Positions 1 through 9,691 of a stretch of 64,000 bases of DNA are shown in pieces. The DNA is from Bacteroidales bacterium (GTDB lineage Bacteria > Bacteroidota > Bacteroidia > Bacteroidales > BM520), in assembly GCA_028707815.1 (NCBI GenBank), contig JAQWAE010000004.1:55986-119985 (forward strand). The letters are read 5' to 3'. The position numbers and the translations under genes are program-made. How positions within the stretch are numbered: the first letter of the stretch is position 1; each line of letters opens with the position of its first letter. Under the pieces are notes generated by a model. That model had not been told where the DNA came from, did no database searches, and was given only the letters and a program-made list of their open reading frames with translations.

Positions 1-1
1 A

Positions 2-145
2 AGAATGATTTACTGCACAGTCTCAAGAAGCGAATTTGTTAAACTAAAATCCGCAATACACTCTATCGACCCTAATGCTTTCATCAACGTTATCAACAGC
101 AATGAAATAATGGGCGAAGGTTTTAAAGCGCTGACAAAAGAATAA
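2..145 (+). CDS. C-terminal end of a YitT-type membrane protein (DUF2179-like tail); gene starts before the window
   Basis: Frame 2 is open from the window edge to TAA at 143-145. The tail ...EFVKLKSAIHSIDPNAFINVINSNEIMGEGF resembles the DUF2179 C-terminal domain (family pattern recalled, not searched). Confidence 0.4.
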   Translation, partial: RMIYCTVSRSEFVKLKSAIHSIDPNAFINVINSNEIMGEGFKALTKE

Positions 146-147
146 TC

Positions 148-2862
148 TTATTCAACAACTTTAGCAACATCTTCATTACCGACAATAACAAATTGCATGT
201 CGTTGAAATTAAGATGTTTGCGTATTATCTCTTTGATTTCGTCAAAAGTAATATTGTCAACTATTTCCTGCTCTCTATTGACGAAGTCATAAGGCAAATC
301 CATTGTTGCTATTTCCATTAGCACATCAATAAGGTCGGAAAGTGTTTCGTATTGGCTTGTTGCTTTACGTTTCAACGAATATTTTGTTATCATTAAATCT
401 TCTTCAGTATAGTTTTCGCCATAATTTTTAATGATATTTTCGAACAATTCGACAGACTCTTTCGTAACAGAAGCCTGAACGCTTGAATAAGCCATGAAAG
501 AGCCAAAAGTTTTATTAGCTGCGAACGAAGAATATGCGCCGTAAGTATAGCCATGCTCTAATCGCAGCACGCGGAACAGCACACTGCCGGACGATTGTCC
601 TAATCTGTAGTTTGCAACGACAGCCGGCACATAATCAGCATCGGTGCGGGCTAAAGAATTTTTACCTAAATATATAATTGACTGCTGCAAGCCCGGATAT
701 TCGACAAAAGTCGACTTGTCTTTGATTATACTTGAAATAGACGGCACATAAGATTTCTGAACATCAAAAGCCGACCAATCATGCTCAATACAGGCAATTG
801 AAGTTAACACATTTGCTTTATCAACATCACCGACAACGACAAACTTGCTGATAGAAGGAGAATAATATTTTTGATAGAAATTCTTTACATCTTCAAGCGT
901 AATATTGTCAATAGTATCAATATCACCTTCGTTTGGAAGAGCTATCGGGTGATTTTGTCCATAAATGATATTATAAAAGGTATCATCGGCAATGCGTTTA
1001 GGGTCTGATTGTGATTGAATTATTTTAGATTTTGTCTGTCTTAAAATTCTGTCAAATTCATTTTCATCCCATCGCGGAAGAGTGATGATTTCATTAAGCA
1101 GCTGCATCAATTCGGCGAAATTGTCTTTCAAGCAGAAGCCCGAAACAGATGTCCATTCTTTTCTTCCCTGAAAATTAAGGTAAGCTCCGAGATTTTTTAT
1201 TGCTATTTCTAATTCTTCTGCCGATTTATTTTTTGTACCTTCATTTAGAAGTTGTGCTGTAATATTAGCTGTACCTGCTTTCCCTATTTCATCATTAATA
1301 GAGCCGGCTTCAATGACAAGAGAAAAGCATACTAAAGGAAGTCTATTATCTTCAATACCAATAACTTTGATACCATTTTTTGTTTTATAGTCCCATATTG
1401 GAGGTATTTTCACAGGGTGCAACACCGACAATTCCGGTTCTATATTTCTATCGATTTTTGAAGCTGTGTACTCATAATCTTCGTCTACAATTACGCCTTC
1501 TTCAGATTGTATATCCTGTTCTTCAACATTTTCCTCGTTGACGTAAGCCTTGCTTGAACCTTTTACAGCCAAGTTAGCTTTTCCGGCAGGCACAAAACTT
1601 GTTGCAACAAAACATTTATTTTTTACATATTTGTCAAATACGTTTTTAACATCTTCAACGCTTACACCATTTATCATATCTACCTCATAATCAACCATAT
1701 TAGGGCTACCGCCAAAGGTATTTGCTTCAGCAATATAAAATGCTTTATTCATATTGGAATACAAGCCATTATAAAACTGTGTAAGGAAAACATTTTTCAG
1801 CCTTTTAACATCTTCTTGCGTAATATCCTGTTGCTCAAACCGTTCAAAAGACTCATTGACAGCTTCAAAAACATCTTGCAAAGATTTATCAGGAAAAGCT
1901 CTAACTTTTATTACAATCTCTCCGGAAATTTCTTTTGAATTTTGATATATTGACACAGAAGGTGCGAGTTGTTTATCTTCGACAATAACTTTATAAAAAG
2001 GAGATTTTTTGCTGTCGCAAAGGATGTCGCAAAGGATATTCAGAGCGTAAGAATCTTTGCTATACATTGGAGGACAAGGAAATACTATTGAAAGTTCCGG
2101 CATGTTGGCAAACTTATCTTCATGATATAAAAATTTACTTTCAGATAGTACAGGCACATCAACAACGACCATTGCGGGTGCCGGTCTTTTTTTGATTTCT
2201 CCGAAATACTTTTCCACCCATTGTTTAACAACTTCAGTATCAATGTCGCCACAAATAACTAAAGTCGCATTATTAGGAGAATAATATTGATTATAGAAAT
2301 TTTTAACATCATCTATAGTGGCTGTTTTCAAATCGTCCATTTCGCCGATAACAGTGTGATTATAAGGATGTTCCTTAGGATATAGATTATTTATGAGTAC
2401 GTACTTGGTAAATCCATAAGGCGTATTATCCATTGTTTGACGTTTTTCATTGATAACCACATCGATTTCTCTTTCTAATCCTTTTTGGTTTACAGTATTG
2501 ATAAAGAAGCCCATTCTATCGGCTTCCATCCAGAGGATTTTTTCGAGTGAGTCGTTAGGAACAGCTTCATAATAGATAGTACCGTCTTCCCATGTACCGC
2601 CATTAAAACTTCCCCCCAAATTATTGATTTTGCTAAAAAATTCGTTGCGTTTCAAATGTTCTGAGCGTTGGAACATGGTATGTTCAAAAAAGTGAGCAAA
2701 TCCGGTTTTGCCGACAACTTCTCTATTGGATCCCACATGATAAAGTATAGCCACCGCTACTACGGGGTTAGAATGTTCTTCATGTAATATCAGCTGTAAT
2801 CCGTTATCGAGTATATATTTTTCGTATTGTATATTTTTCCCGCCTTTTTCTATCAATTGCAT
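148..2862 (-). CDS. M16 (pitrilysin/insulinase) family zinc peptidase, double-length form
   Basis: 904-aa ORF with the inverted zinc motif HFFEH (HxxEH) near the N-terminus. Its length fits two tandem M16 units. Confidence 0.9.
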   Translation of the reverse strand: MQLIEKGGKNIQYEKYILDNGLQLILHEEHSNPVVAVAILYHVGSNREVVGKTGFAHFFEHTMFQRSEHLKRNEFFSKINNLGGSFNGGTWEDGTIYYEAVPNDSLEKILWMEADRMGFFINTVNQKGLEREIDVVINEKRQTMDNTPYGFTKYVLINNLYPKEHPYNHTVIGEMDDLKTATIDDVKNFYNQYYSPNNATLVICGDIDTEVVKQWVEKYFGEIKKRPAPAMVVVDVPVLSESKFLYHEDKFANMPELSIVFPCPPMYSKDSYALNILCDILCDSKKSPFYKVIVEDKQLAPSVSIYQNSKEISGEIVIKVRAFPDKSLQDVFEAVNESFERFEQQDITQEDVKRLKNVFLTQFYNGLYSNMNKAFYIAEANTFGGSPNMVDYEVDMINGVSVEDVKNVFDKYVKNKCFVATSFVPAGKANLAVKGSSKAYVNEENVEEQDIQSEEGVIVDEDYEYTASKIDRNIEPELSVLHPVKIPPIWDYKTKNGIKVIGIEDNRLPLVCFSLVIEAGSINDEIGKAGTANITAQLLNEGTKNKSAEELEIAIKNLGAYLNFQGRKEWTSVSGFCLKDNFAELMQLLNEIITLPRWDENEFDRILRQTKSKIIQSQSDPKRIADDTFYNIIYGQNHPIALPNEGDIDTIDNITLEDVKNFYQKYYSPSISKFVVVGDVDKANVLTSIACIEHDWSAFDVQKSYVPSISSIIKDKSTFVEYPGLQQSIIYLGKNSLARTDADYVPAVVANYRLGQSSGSVLFRVLRLEHGYTYGAYSSFAANKTFGSFMAYSSVQASVTKESVELFENIIKNYGENYTEEDLMITKYSLKRKATSQYETLSDLIDVLMEIATMDLPYDFVNREQEIVDNITFDEIKEIIRKHLNFNDMQFVIVGNEDVAKVVE

Positions 2863-2892
2863 ATCAAAATATCTTTTTATAAATTAAGATTG

Positions 2893-2900
2893 CAAAGGTA
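2893..2900 (-). promoter_or_regulatory. Bacteroidetes-type -7 box (TACCTTTG = TAnnTTTG) for the M16 peptidase gene
   Basis: The reverse complement of caaaggta is TACCTTTG, about 30 nt upstream of the ATG at 2862. Confidence 0.45.
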
Positions 2901-2968
2901 AAAAGAAATATTAGTTATCTTTCAAAAAAGGTTATAAAACTATTTTTGTATTTTATAAAACACATTTT

Positions 2969-4390
2969 TTACACGCCACGTCCTTGGAAGACAATTTTCA
3001 CTGTGAATATCAATATTTTGAAATCCATGGCGATAGACATATTTTGGATATACAGCAAGTCGTAAGGCAGTCTTTCTATCATTTGGTCAACATTTTCCGC
3101 ATAGCCGTATTTAACTTGCCCCCAGCTTGTAATTCCGGGTTGTATTTTCAGCAGCAGGCGATAATACGGAGCTTTTTCGGTTATTTTATTGATATAATAT
3201 TCTCTTTCCGGTCGTGGACCGACTATGCTCATATATCCACGCAAGACTGTATAGAACTGTGGAAGTTCATCGAGGCGATATTTTCTAATAAAATGTCCGA
3301 AAGGTGTTATTCTGCCATCTCCTTTAGAAGATAATTGTGGACCTGCATCTTCGGCATTAACATACATAGAGCGGAATTTATACATTTTAAATGGCTTTCC
3401 ATTCTTTCCAATTCTTTCCTGTCCATAAAATATAGGACCCTTTGAAGAGCATCTTACTCCGACAGCAGTAAATAAATATATTGGTGATGCAAGTATCAGC
3501 ACTAAAAAAGAAGCTATAACATCAAAAATTCTCTTAAGAACTTTCTGCCATATTGGTAATAGTTCGGGGTTAATTTCAATCATCGGGACATTGAATATTC
3601 CGGATGCTTTAACAGCTCCAAAAAGAATATCTTGCATCACGGGGTGTATCTTAATAGACACATCTTTTTTATCCAAGATAGAAATCATAGATTCAGCCAT
3701 CTTTAATTCAGAGCGTTCAATTGCAACAACGACTTCCTCTATATTATATTTATCAATAATTTCAGACAATTCTGTATAGTTGCCAAGACGTGGTAGAAAT
3801 TGTTCTAACTTATAATCGTCATATTGTACTGCATTAACAAATCCGACAAAAAGATTTCCGGAATGGTTCGACTTAGCATTCAATTCGTTATATACAGCAA
3901 GTGCATGTCCGTTACTGCCGACAATTACAGTATTAAAGCCAATAATTTTTTTCTCTATCTTTCTAATAGTTGATGTAGAGATAATCAATCTACAGATGTA
4001 TGTTATAAAAAAATGAGAAAAAAGAAGGACAAAGAAATATTTATAATAACCTTTATAATTAGCCACATTATCATCTAAAATAATAACAAAGAACAAGAAG
4101 ATACAACCTATAACCGAGATGATGGCAGTTTGTCCCAATTCAGCAAGTCGCGACTTATGAAATATTTTGCGATAAGTTCCGATAAGTACGTACAACAATA
4201 GCCAGAACAGTGGAATTATTATCAATCCGAGCCAGAAGTTTCTATCAGTTATTATATTTATATATAAATTGTTGAAATCGTAGATTTCAAAACTTTTACG
4301 GATAAAAAAGAAGATAATCCAAGCTACAACAGCGGCTACATAATCACTTATCACACATCTTGCGGTTTGCAGTTTTATATTTTTACTCAT
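2969..4390 (-). CDS. Polyprenyl-phosphate glycosyl-1-phosphate transferase (WbaP/WcaJ-like bacterial sugar transferase)
   Basis: 473 aa with an N-terminal multi-TM region. The C-terminal sugar-transferase blocks are KRIFDVIASFLVLILASP, MSIVGPRPERE and GITSWGQV. Confidence 0.85.
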   Translation of the reverse strand: MSKNIKLQTARCVISDYVAAVVAWIIFFFIRKSFEIYDFNNLYINIITDRNFWLGLIIIPLFWLLLYVLIGTYRKIFHKSRLAELGQTAIISVIGCIFLFFVIILDDNVANYKGYYKYFFVLLFSHFFITYICRLIISTSTIRKIEKKIIGFNTVIVGSNGHALAVYNELNAKSNHSGNLFVGFVNAVQYDDYKLEQFLPRLGNYTELSEIIDKYNIEEVVVAIERSELKMAESMISILDKKDVSIKIHPVMQDILFGAVKASGIFNVPMIEINPELLPIWQKVLKRIFDVIASFLVLILASPIYLFTAVGVRCSSKGPIFYGQERIGKNGKPFKMYKFRSMYVNAEDAGPQLSSKGDGRITPFGHFIRKYRLDELPQFYTVLRGYMSIVGPRPEREYYINKITEKAPYYRLLLKIQPGITSWGQVKYGYAENVDQMIERLPYDLLYIQNMSIAMDFKILIFTVKIVFQGRGV

Positions 4391-4395
4391 AGCTA

Positions 4396-5277
4396 TTAAT
4401 AAAGTAATTTAATATTATCTATGCAGAACTCTTTTTTTCCAATAGTTTCTAAAGAAGACGAGCCGCCTGAGAAATAGATAGCAAAATGTTCGGCGGCATA
4501 GTAATTTGTCAGAGCAGTAGTTATGTTAACATATATCTTTTTCCATGTATTGGTAGCCTTAAGATACACAATAGGGTATTGTATGTCGGTACCGCTGTCG
4601 TATTGAGCGATTGCGCCAACGCACATCACCGTATCTATTTTATAATTAAGTTCCAAATAGACGGCACTTCCATCTACCGGCAAATCGGCAAAACCGTCAG
4701 CATTAGCTATTGCAAAATATGTTCTATCATCTTCTAACACAATCTTTCCGCAAAAGAATCCTTCAAACACATCACCTTCATTTTTATTTAGAATTGTGAT
4801 AGTAGTATCGCTGTTGGCATACTTAGTCAACGAAGTTGACATATTTTCATAATCTTCAATCCAGACAAAATCGGCTGCAGATGAATAAGTAAATGTAGGA
4901 TTAAGGGTTGTAATTTCTCCGCGTGTCAGGTTAACATCTCCGAAGTCGCAGATGTCATAAAAAGGATAATAAATCCACTGACCTGAAACGCCATTAATTT
5001 TTATTCCTGCACGCATTTTTATAGCTGTAGCACCGGAAGCTATAATCGGGAAAGTAACCGGAATATCGTACACTCCCTGAATAGTATTATCGACATAAAC
5101 CCACACTTCGCTAATATTATGGCTGCTGCTACCCTGAATACTCGGATAGTTAACATTAAAATAAGTTGTATCAACAGTTATATAAGCAGGTATACCATCA
5201 ACATCATTATAGTTGCAGGAAGAGAGCAGCAAAGTTGAGATGATAAATGATAAGACAATAAAATAAAAATTCTTCAT
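4396..5277 (-). CDS. Hypothetical lipoprotein
   Basis: 293 aa with a signal peptide ending in the lipobox LLLSSC. No family recognised. 5-nt gap to the upstream gene. Confidence 0.55.
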   Translation of the reverse strand: MKNFYFIVLSFIISTLLLSSCNYNDVDGIPAYITVDTTYFNVNYPSIQGSSSHNISEVWVYVDNTIQGVYDIPVTFPIIASGATAIKMRAGIKINGVSGQWIYYPFYDICDFGDVNLTRGEITTLNPTFTYSSAADFVWIEDYENMSTSLTKYANSDTTITILNKNEGDVFEGFFCGKIVLEDDRTYFAIANADGFADLPVDGSAVYLELNYKIDTVMCVGAIAQYDSGTDIQYPIVYLKATNTWKKIYVNITTALTNYYAAEHFAIYFSGGSSSLETIGKKEFCIDNIKLLY

Positions 5278-5317
5278 GGTAACAATCTAACAAATATCAA
5301 ACGTATAAAAGCAATAT

Positions 5318-6310
5318 TTATTTTAAGTCTGTAAATATTTTTAGATATTTCATTACGAGTTCATTAATTTGATGAGCCAACTCCAAAGCTGCAATACCGT
5401 CATTCATACTTACAACCGGTTCAACATTATTAACGATAGCATCATAAAAGCTCTGTAATTCTGTTTGAATAGCGTTAATATCATGGACTTCAGGTTCTTC
5501 AAAAGACAGTTGTTTAATTTTGCCGTCATTAGATTCGAGGCACATAGCGAACGGGTTATTTTCGTCTATTTCGTCCGATATGCTGATAATTTTCGATTTT
5601 TTTTCAAGAAAATCCACAGTAATGTAAGCATTTTTTTGAAATATTCTACACTTACGCATTTTCTTCATTGACATTCTGCTGGCTGTAAGATTAGCGACTG
5701 CACCATTTTCAAATTCTATTCTTGTATTAGCTATATCTGCTGTGCTGCTGATAATGGGGACACCGCTGGCGCTAATATGTTTAACTTTTGATTTAACCAA
5801 ATGCAGGAGTATATCTAAATCGTGTATCATTAAATCGAAGATGACAGGGACATCTGTTCCGCGTGAATTATACTGTGACAACCTATGAACTTCAAGGAAC
5901 ATTGGATCTTTTATTTTATCTTCAACAGCCAAGAAAGCAGGGTTAAATCGTTCTACATGACCAACTTGTACTTTGACGTTAGCTTCGTCGGCAATTTCAG
6001 CCAAGTGCCTCGCTTCCAACGGAGTAGCGACTATGGGCTTTTCAAGAAAAACATGCTTGTTTTGTCTTAAAGCTACTGATGCGCACTCAAAATGTTTAAT
6101 AGTTGGCGTAACTATGTCCACAACATCTACTTTAGAAACTAAATCTTCTATGGTATTAAAAGATTTTATTCCAAATTCTTTTTCAACGCTACGAGCGACA
6201 TCATCATTTATATCATAAAAGCCAACAAGCTCATATTCAGGGATATTTTTAATACATTTTAAATGTATCTTGCCTATATGACCGGCTCCAAGAACTCCGA
6301 TTTTCAGCAT
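5318..6310 (-). CDS. Gfo/Idh/MocA-family NAD(P)-dependent oxidoreductase
   Basis: Rossmann motif GVLGAGHIG at the N-terminus. The track start at 6328 is a TTG lying inside the -7 box, so the ATG at 6310 (MLKIGVLGAG) is preferred. Confidence 0.85.
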   Translation of the reverse strand: MLKIGVLGAGHIGKIHLKCIKNIPEYELVGFYDINDDVARSVEKEFGIKSFNTIEDLVSKVDVVDIVTPTIKHFECASVALRQNKHVFLEKPIVATPLEARHLAEIADEANVKVQVGHVERFNPAFLAVEDKIKDPMFLEVHRLSQYNSRGTDVPVIFDLMIHDLDILLHLVKSKVKHISASGVPIISSTADIANTRIEFENGAVANLTASRMSMKKMRKCRIFQKNAYITVDFLEKKSKIISISDEIDENNPFAMCLESNDGKIKQLSFEEPEVHDINAIQTELQSFYDAIVNNVEPVVSMNDGIAALELAHQINELVMKYLKIFTDLK

Positions 6311-6325
6311 AAAAAATTTTTTTTG

Positions 6326-6333
6326 CAAATGTA
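6326..6333 (-). promoter_or_regulatory. -7 box TACATTTG for the oxidoreductase gene
   Basis: The reverse complement of caaatgta is TACATTTG, 16 nt upstream of the ATG at 6310. Confidence 0.45.
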
Positions 6334-6382
6334 ATAAATTTGTTGAAACTATGTATTAAATTCGCACTTTCAATTAGTGATA

Positions 6383-7030
6383 ATGGAAGATAATTATAGA
6401 CATCAGGGATTACGCAGAAAATTAGTAGATCAAATCCGGAAAAACGGCATTTGCGATGAAGTAGTTTTAGAGGCTATTTTTAATGTGCCTCGTCATTTCT
6501 TTATAGACTCCGGCTTTGTAGAATACGCTTATGAAGACAAGCCTTTTTCCATTGGCTGTGGGCAAACAATTTCTCAACCCTCTACTGTAGCAGCACAATC
6601 TGAGCTATTACAAATTTCTAAAGGGATGAAAGTACTGGAAATAGGCACCGGCTCGGGCTATCAAGCTGCAGTACTCTCGGCAATGGGTGCCAGAGTTTTT
6701 ACCATCGAACGACAAAGAGAGCTTTATTTTCGCACCAAAACCTTTCTTGCTGCTTCATATCCCAACATAAAGTGCTTTCTCGGTGACGGCTACAAAGGGC
6801 TAAAGACATTCGCTCCTTTTGACAGAATTATTGTCACCGCCGCCGCACCTTTTATTCCAGAAGACCTAAAATCGCAACTGAAAATAGGCGGACGAATGGT
6901 AATCCCCATTGATGATGAAAACAACTGCCAGAAAATGTGCTTGATAGAAAAAACAAGCGAAACTGAATTTACTCAAACTCAACATGGCGACTATTGTTTC
7001 GTTCCAATGTTGAAAAAAATCAACGAATAG
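6383..7030 (+). CDS. pcm: Protein-L-isoaspartate O-methyltransferase
   Basis: SAM motif VLEIGTGSGYQAAVL, plus the conserved VPRHFF and TISQPS blocks. ATG at 6383 is preferred to GTG at 6377. Confidence 0.9.
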   Translation: MEDNYRHQGLRRKLVDQIRKNGICDEVVLEAIFNVPRHFFIDSGFVEYAYEDKPFSIGCGQTISQPSTVAAQSELLQISKGMKVLEIGTGSGYQAAVLSAMGARVFTIERQRELYFRTKTFLAASYPNIKCFLGDGYKGLKTFAPFDRIIVTAAAPFIPEDLKSQLKIGGRMVIPIDDENNCQKMCLIEKTSETEFTQTQHGDYCFVPMLKKINE

Positions 7031-7114
7031 AAATTATCCGGCAATAATTTCCATGTTCAAATTTGCATAATAATTTTAATAGAAAGAAATTCAATCAACT
7101 AAATATTAATAATA

Positions 7115-7957
7115 ATGAACGTAAAAGAATTACAAGATGTTGCTGCACAAGTTCGCAGAGATGTTTTAAGAATGATTAACGGTGCCAAGTCAGGTCATCC
7201 GGGTGGGTCTTTAAGTTGTACTGATTATTTGACAGCTCTTTATTTTAAAGAGATGAATGTTGACCCATCTCATTTTACTATTGAAGGGAAAGATGAAGAT
7301 ATTTTTTATCTTTCCAACGGACACGTATGTCCGGCATGGTATAGCGTACTTGCCCGCAGAGGTTATTATCCCGTATCGGAGCTAAGTACTCTCCGCAAAA
7401 TCGGCTCTAGGCTTCAGGGACACCCTTCATTGTCTCACAAATTACCCGGCATACGCTCTGCATCAGGCTCTCTCGGACAAGGCTTATCCGTAGGCATCGG
7501 ACATGCTCTCGCCAAGAAAGCCGATAACGACGACAGCCTCGTATTTACGCTCCACGGTGACGGAGAGCTGCAAGAAGGTCAAATATGGGAAGCCGCCATG
7601 TTCGCAGCTTCTAAACATGTTGACAACATAATCGCCGCTATTGACTATAACCATCAGCAAATAGACGGAACTATAGAAGACGTAAACTCTCTCGGAAACC
7701 TCAGCGAAAAATGGACAGCTTTCGGCTGGCATGTCATCAACATAAACGGCAACAACATGTTAGAGGTGGTTACCGGACTGGAACAAGCAAAATCAGCAGC
7801 TCATAAAGGACAGCCTGTTGTTATCATCTTAAATACAAAAATGGGCTTCGGTGTCGATTTTATGTATGATTCTCATAAATGGCACGGTGTCGCTCCTAAC
7901 GATGAGCAACTTGCCAACGCTTTATCTCAGATACCCGAAACTCTCGGCGACTATTAA
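7115..7957 (+). CDS. Transketolase, N-terminal (TPP-binding) subunit
   Basis: GHPGGSLS, LSNGH and GDGELQEGQIWEA motifs. 280 aa, the typical size of a split transketolase subunit. Confidence 0.9.
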   Translation: MNVKELQDVAAQVRRDVLRMINGAKSGHPGGSLSCTDYLTALYFKEMNVDPSHFTIEGKDEDIFYLSNGHVCPAWYSVLARRGYYPVSELSTLRKIGSRLQGHPSLSHKLPGIRSASGSLGQGLSVGIGHALAKKADNDDSLVFTLHGDGELQEGQIWEAAMFAASKHVDNIIAAIDYNHQQIDGTIEDVNSLGNLSEKWTAFGWHVININGNNMLEVVTGLEQAKSAAHKGQPVVIILNTKMGFGVDFMYDSHKWHGVAPNDEQLANALSQIPETLGDY

Positions 7958-8005
7958 TATTTGTAATTTATCAATAACATTTTATCATTATTTAAAATAT
8001 ATATC

Positions 8006-8959
8006 ATGAAAGATTTCCCTATATTAGACAAAAAAGATACACGTTCAGGTTTTGGCAAAGGGCTTTACGAAGCTGCGCTTAAGAATCCAAATATTGTAGC
8101 ATTATGTGCCGACCTCACAGGTTCTGTTAAGATGGACGAATTTGCGAAAGCATTTCCTGACAGATTTTATCAGATGGGCATAGCTGAAGCAAATATGATA
8201 GGCGTTGCTGCCGGACTTGCCACTGCCGGCAAGATACCTTTTACCGGCACATTTGCCAACTTTTCTACCGCCCGTGTGTTTGACCAGATAAGACAAGCTG
8301 TAGCTTACTCCAACAAGAATGTCAAGATATGTGCTTCACACGCCGGCATCACTCTCGGAGAAGACGGAGCAACTCACCAGACACTTGAAGACATCGGCAT
8401 GATGAAGATGTTGCCCGGAATGACAGTTGTCGTACCTTGCGACTATGAGCAAACACGACTTGCCACCCTCGCTGTAGCGGAATATGAAGGTCCTGTTTAC
8501 CTGCGCTTCGGACGTCCTAAACAAGTAGTGTTCACTACGGCTGCTCAAGATTTTGTTATAGGTAAAGCTCAGTTATTAGATGTTGGCAGAGATATTTCCA
8601 TTTTTGCAACAGGCATAATGGTCTGGGAAGCTATTCAGGCTTGTAAAAAGTTAGAAGAGATGGGAATAGATGCCGAAATCATCAACATTCACACTATCAA
8701 ACCGTTAGACAATCACGCAATTTTAAACTCCGTAAAGAAGACCGGCTGTGTTGTCACCGCTGAAGAACATCAAATCAATGGCGGCTTATGTGACTCTATT
8801 TCGCAACTTCTCTGTCGCGAGTACCCTGTCCCTGTCGAAGCTGTCGCTATCTTTGACCAATGGGGACAAAGCGGCACACCCGATGAACTGATGAAACTGT
8901 ATAACTTGACATCAGATGCCATAGTCAACGCCGCCGTTAAAGCAATACAAAGAAAATAA
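8006..8959 (+). CDS. Transketolase, C-terminal (pyrimidine-binding) subunit
   Basis: 317 aa with the GIAEANMIGVAAGLA and EDGATHQTLEDI blocks. It directly follows the N-terminal subunit. Confidence 0.9.
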   Translation: MKDFPILDKKDTRSGFGKGLYEAALKNPNIVALCADLTGSVKMDEFAKAFPDRFYQMGIAEANMIGVAAGLATAGKIPFTGTFANFSTARVFDQIRQAVAYSNKNVKICASHAGITLGEDGATHQTLEDIGMMKMLPGMTVVVPCDYEQTRLATLAVAEYEGPVYLRFGRPKQVVFTTAAQDFVIGKAQLLDVGRDISIFATGIMVWEAIQACKKLEEMGIDAEIINIHTIKPLDNHAILNSVKKTGCVVTAEEHQINGGLCDSISQLLCREYPVPVEAVAIFDQWGQSGTPDELMKLYNLTSDAIVNAAVKAIQRK

Positions 8960-8980
8960 TAAAAAAATACTTGAAAAATA

Positions 8981-9017
8981 AAAGTCTTCGGCTTTAAAGT
9001 CGAAGACTTTTATTTTG
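8981..9017 (+). terminator. Rho-independent terminator after transketolase
   Basis: Perfect 10-bp stem aaagtcttcg / cgaagacttt followed by a T-rich tract. Confidence 0.7.
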
Positions 9018-9029
9018 ACATAAAATCAC

Positions 9030-9632
9030 ATGGATATTAACCTAATTCTTGAAATCATCGCCGCTGCACTTGGCATTGCCGGTGTATGGTTAGCAAAAAA
9101 AGAAAATATACTTACATACCCCATCGGCATTATAAGTACTACTATCTACGTATATATATTGCTGATGGGAAAGTTGTACGCCGTTTCATGCATCAACCTG
9201 TATTACACCATAATCAGCATCTACGGATGGTATGCGTGGACACATAAATCATCAGACAACAAACCTCTTGAAATATCAAAATTATCAGGTAAACACCAAA
9301 CAATTTACATCATAACCGCCACCGTATTATATTTACTTTTAATAGGATTTATCAGGTTATTTAAACATTCTGACACAGGCTATATAATGTCCGGAGTGAT
9401 GTATGTAGATACTTTTACGTTTTCTTTGTTTTTGATAGCAATGTTTTTGCAGGCACGAAAAAAGTTAGAGTGCTGGATTTATTGGATTATTGCCGACTTC
9501 ATTTGTATACCGTTTTATATATGGCAACATTTGTATTTTACGGCAATCCAATATCTTGTATTTACGATAATTGCGGTGTTTGCATTTTTTGAATGGCAGG
9601 GAAAATACAACAAATCTATTGGCAAATTATAA
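9030..9632 (+). CDS. pnuC: Nicotinamide riboside transporter PnuC
   Basis: 200 aa, multi-TM. The N-terminal pattern (GVWLAKKENILTYPIGIIST...IYGWYAW) is typical of PnuC. Confidence 0.8.
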   Translation: MDINLILEIIAAALGIAGVWLAKKENILTYPIGIISTTIYVYILLMGKLYAVSCINLYYTIISIYGWYAWTHKSSDNKPLEISKLSGKHQTIYIITATVLYLLLIGFIRLFKHSDTGYIMSGVMYVDTFTFSLFLIAMFLQARKKLECWIYWIIADFICIPFYIWQHLYFTAIQYLVFTIIAVFAFFEWQGKYNKSIGKL

Positions 9633-9691
9633 TAATTGCAACAGATAAGAACATGCGACCACCTTCGGTGTCGCATGTTTGTATTCTCCGA

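Noticed and set aside
7115-8959. Transketolase split into two ORFs, considered as a possible pseudogene or frameshift.
   Set aside because: The two parts correspond exactly to the N-terminal and C-terminal subunits of naturally split transketolases. Each has its own ATG and a 48-nt spacer. This arrangement is common.
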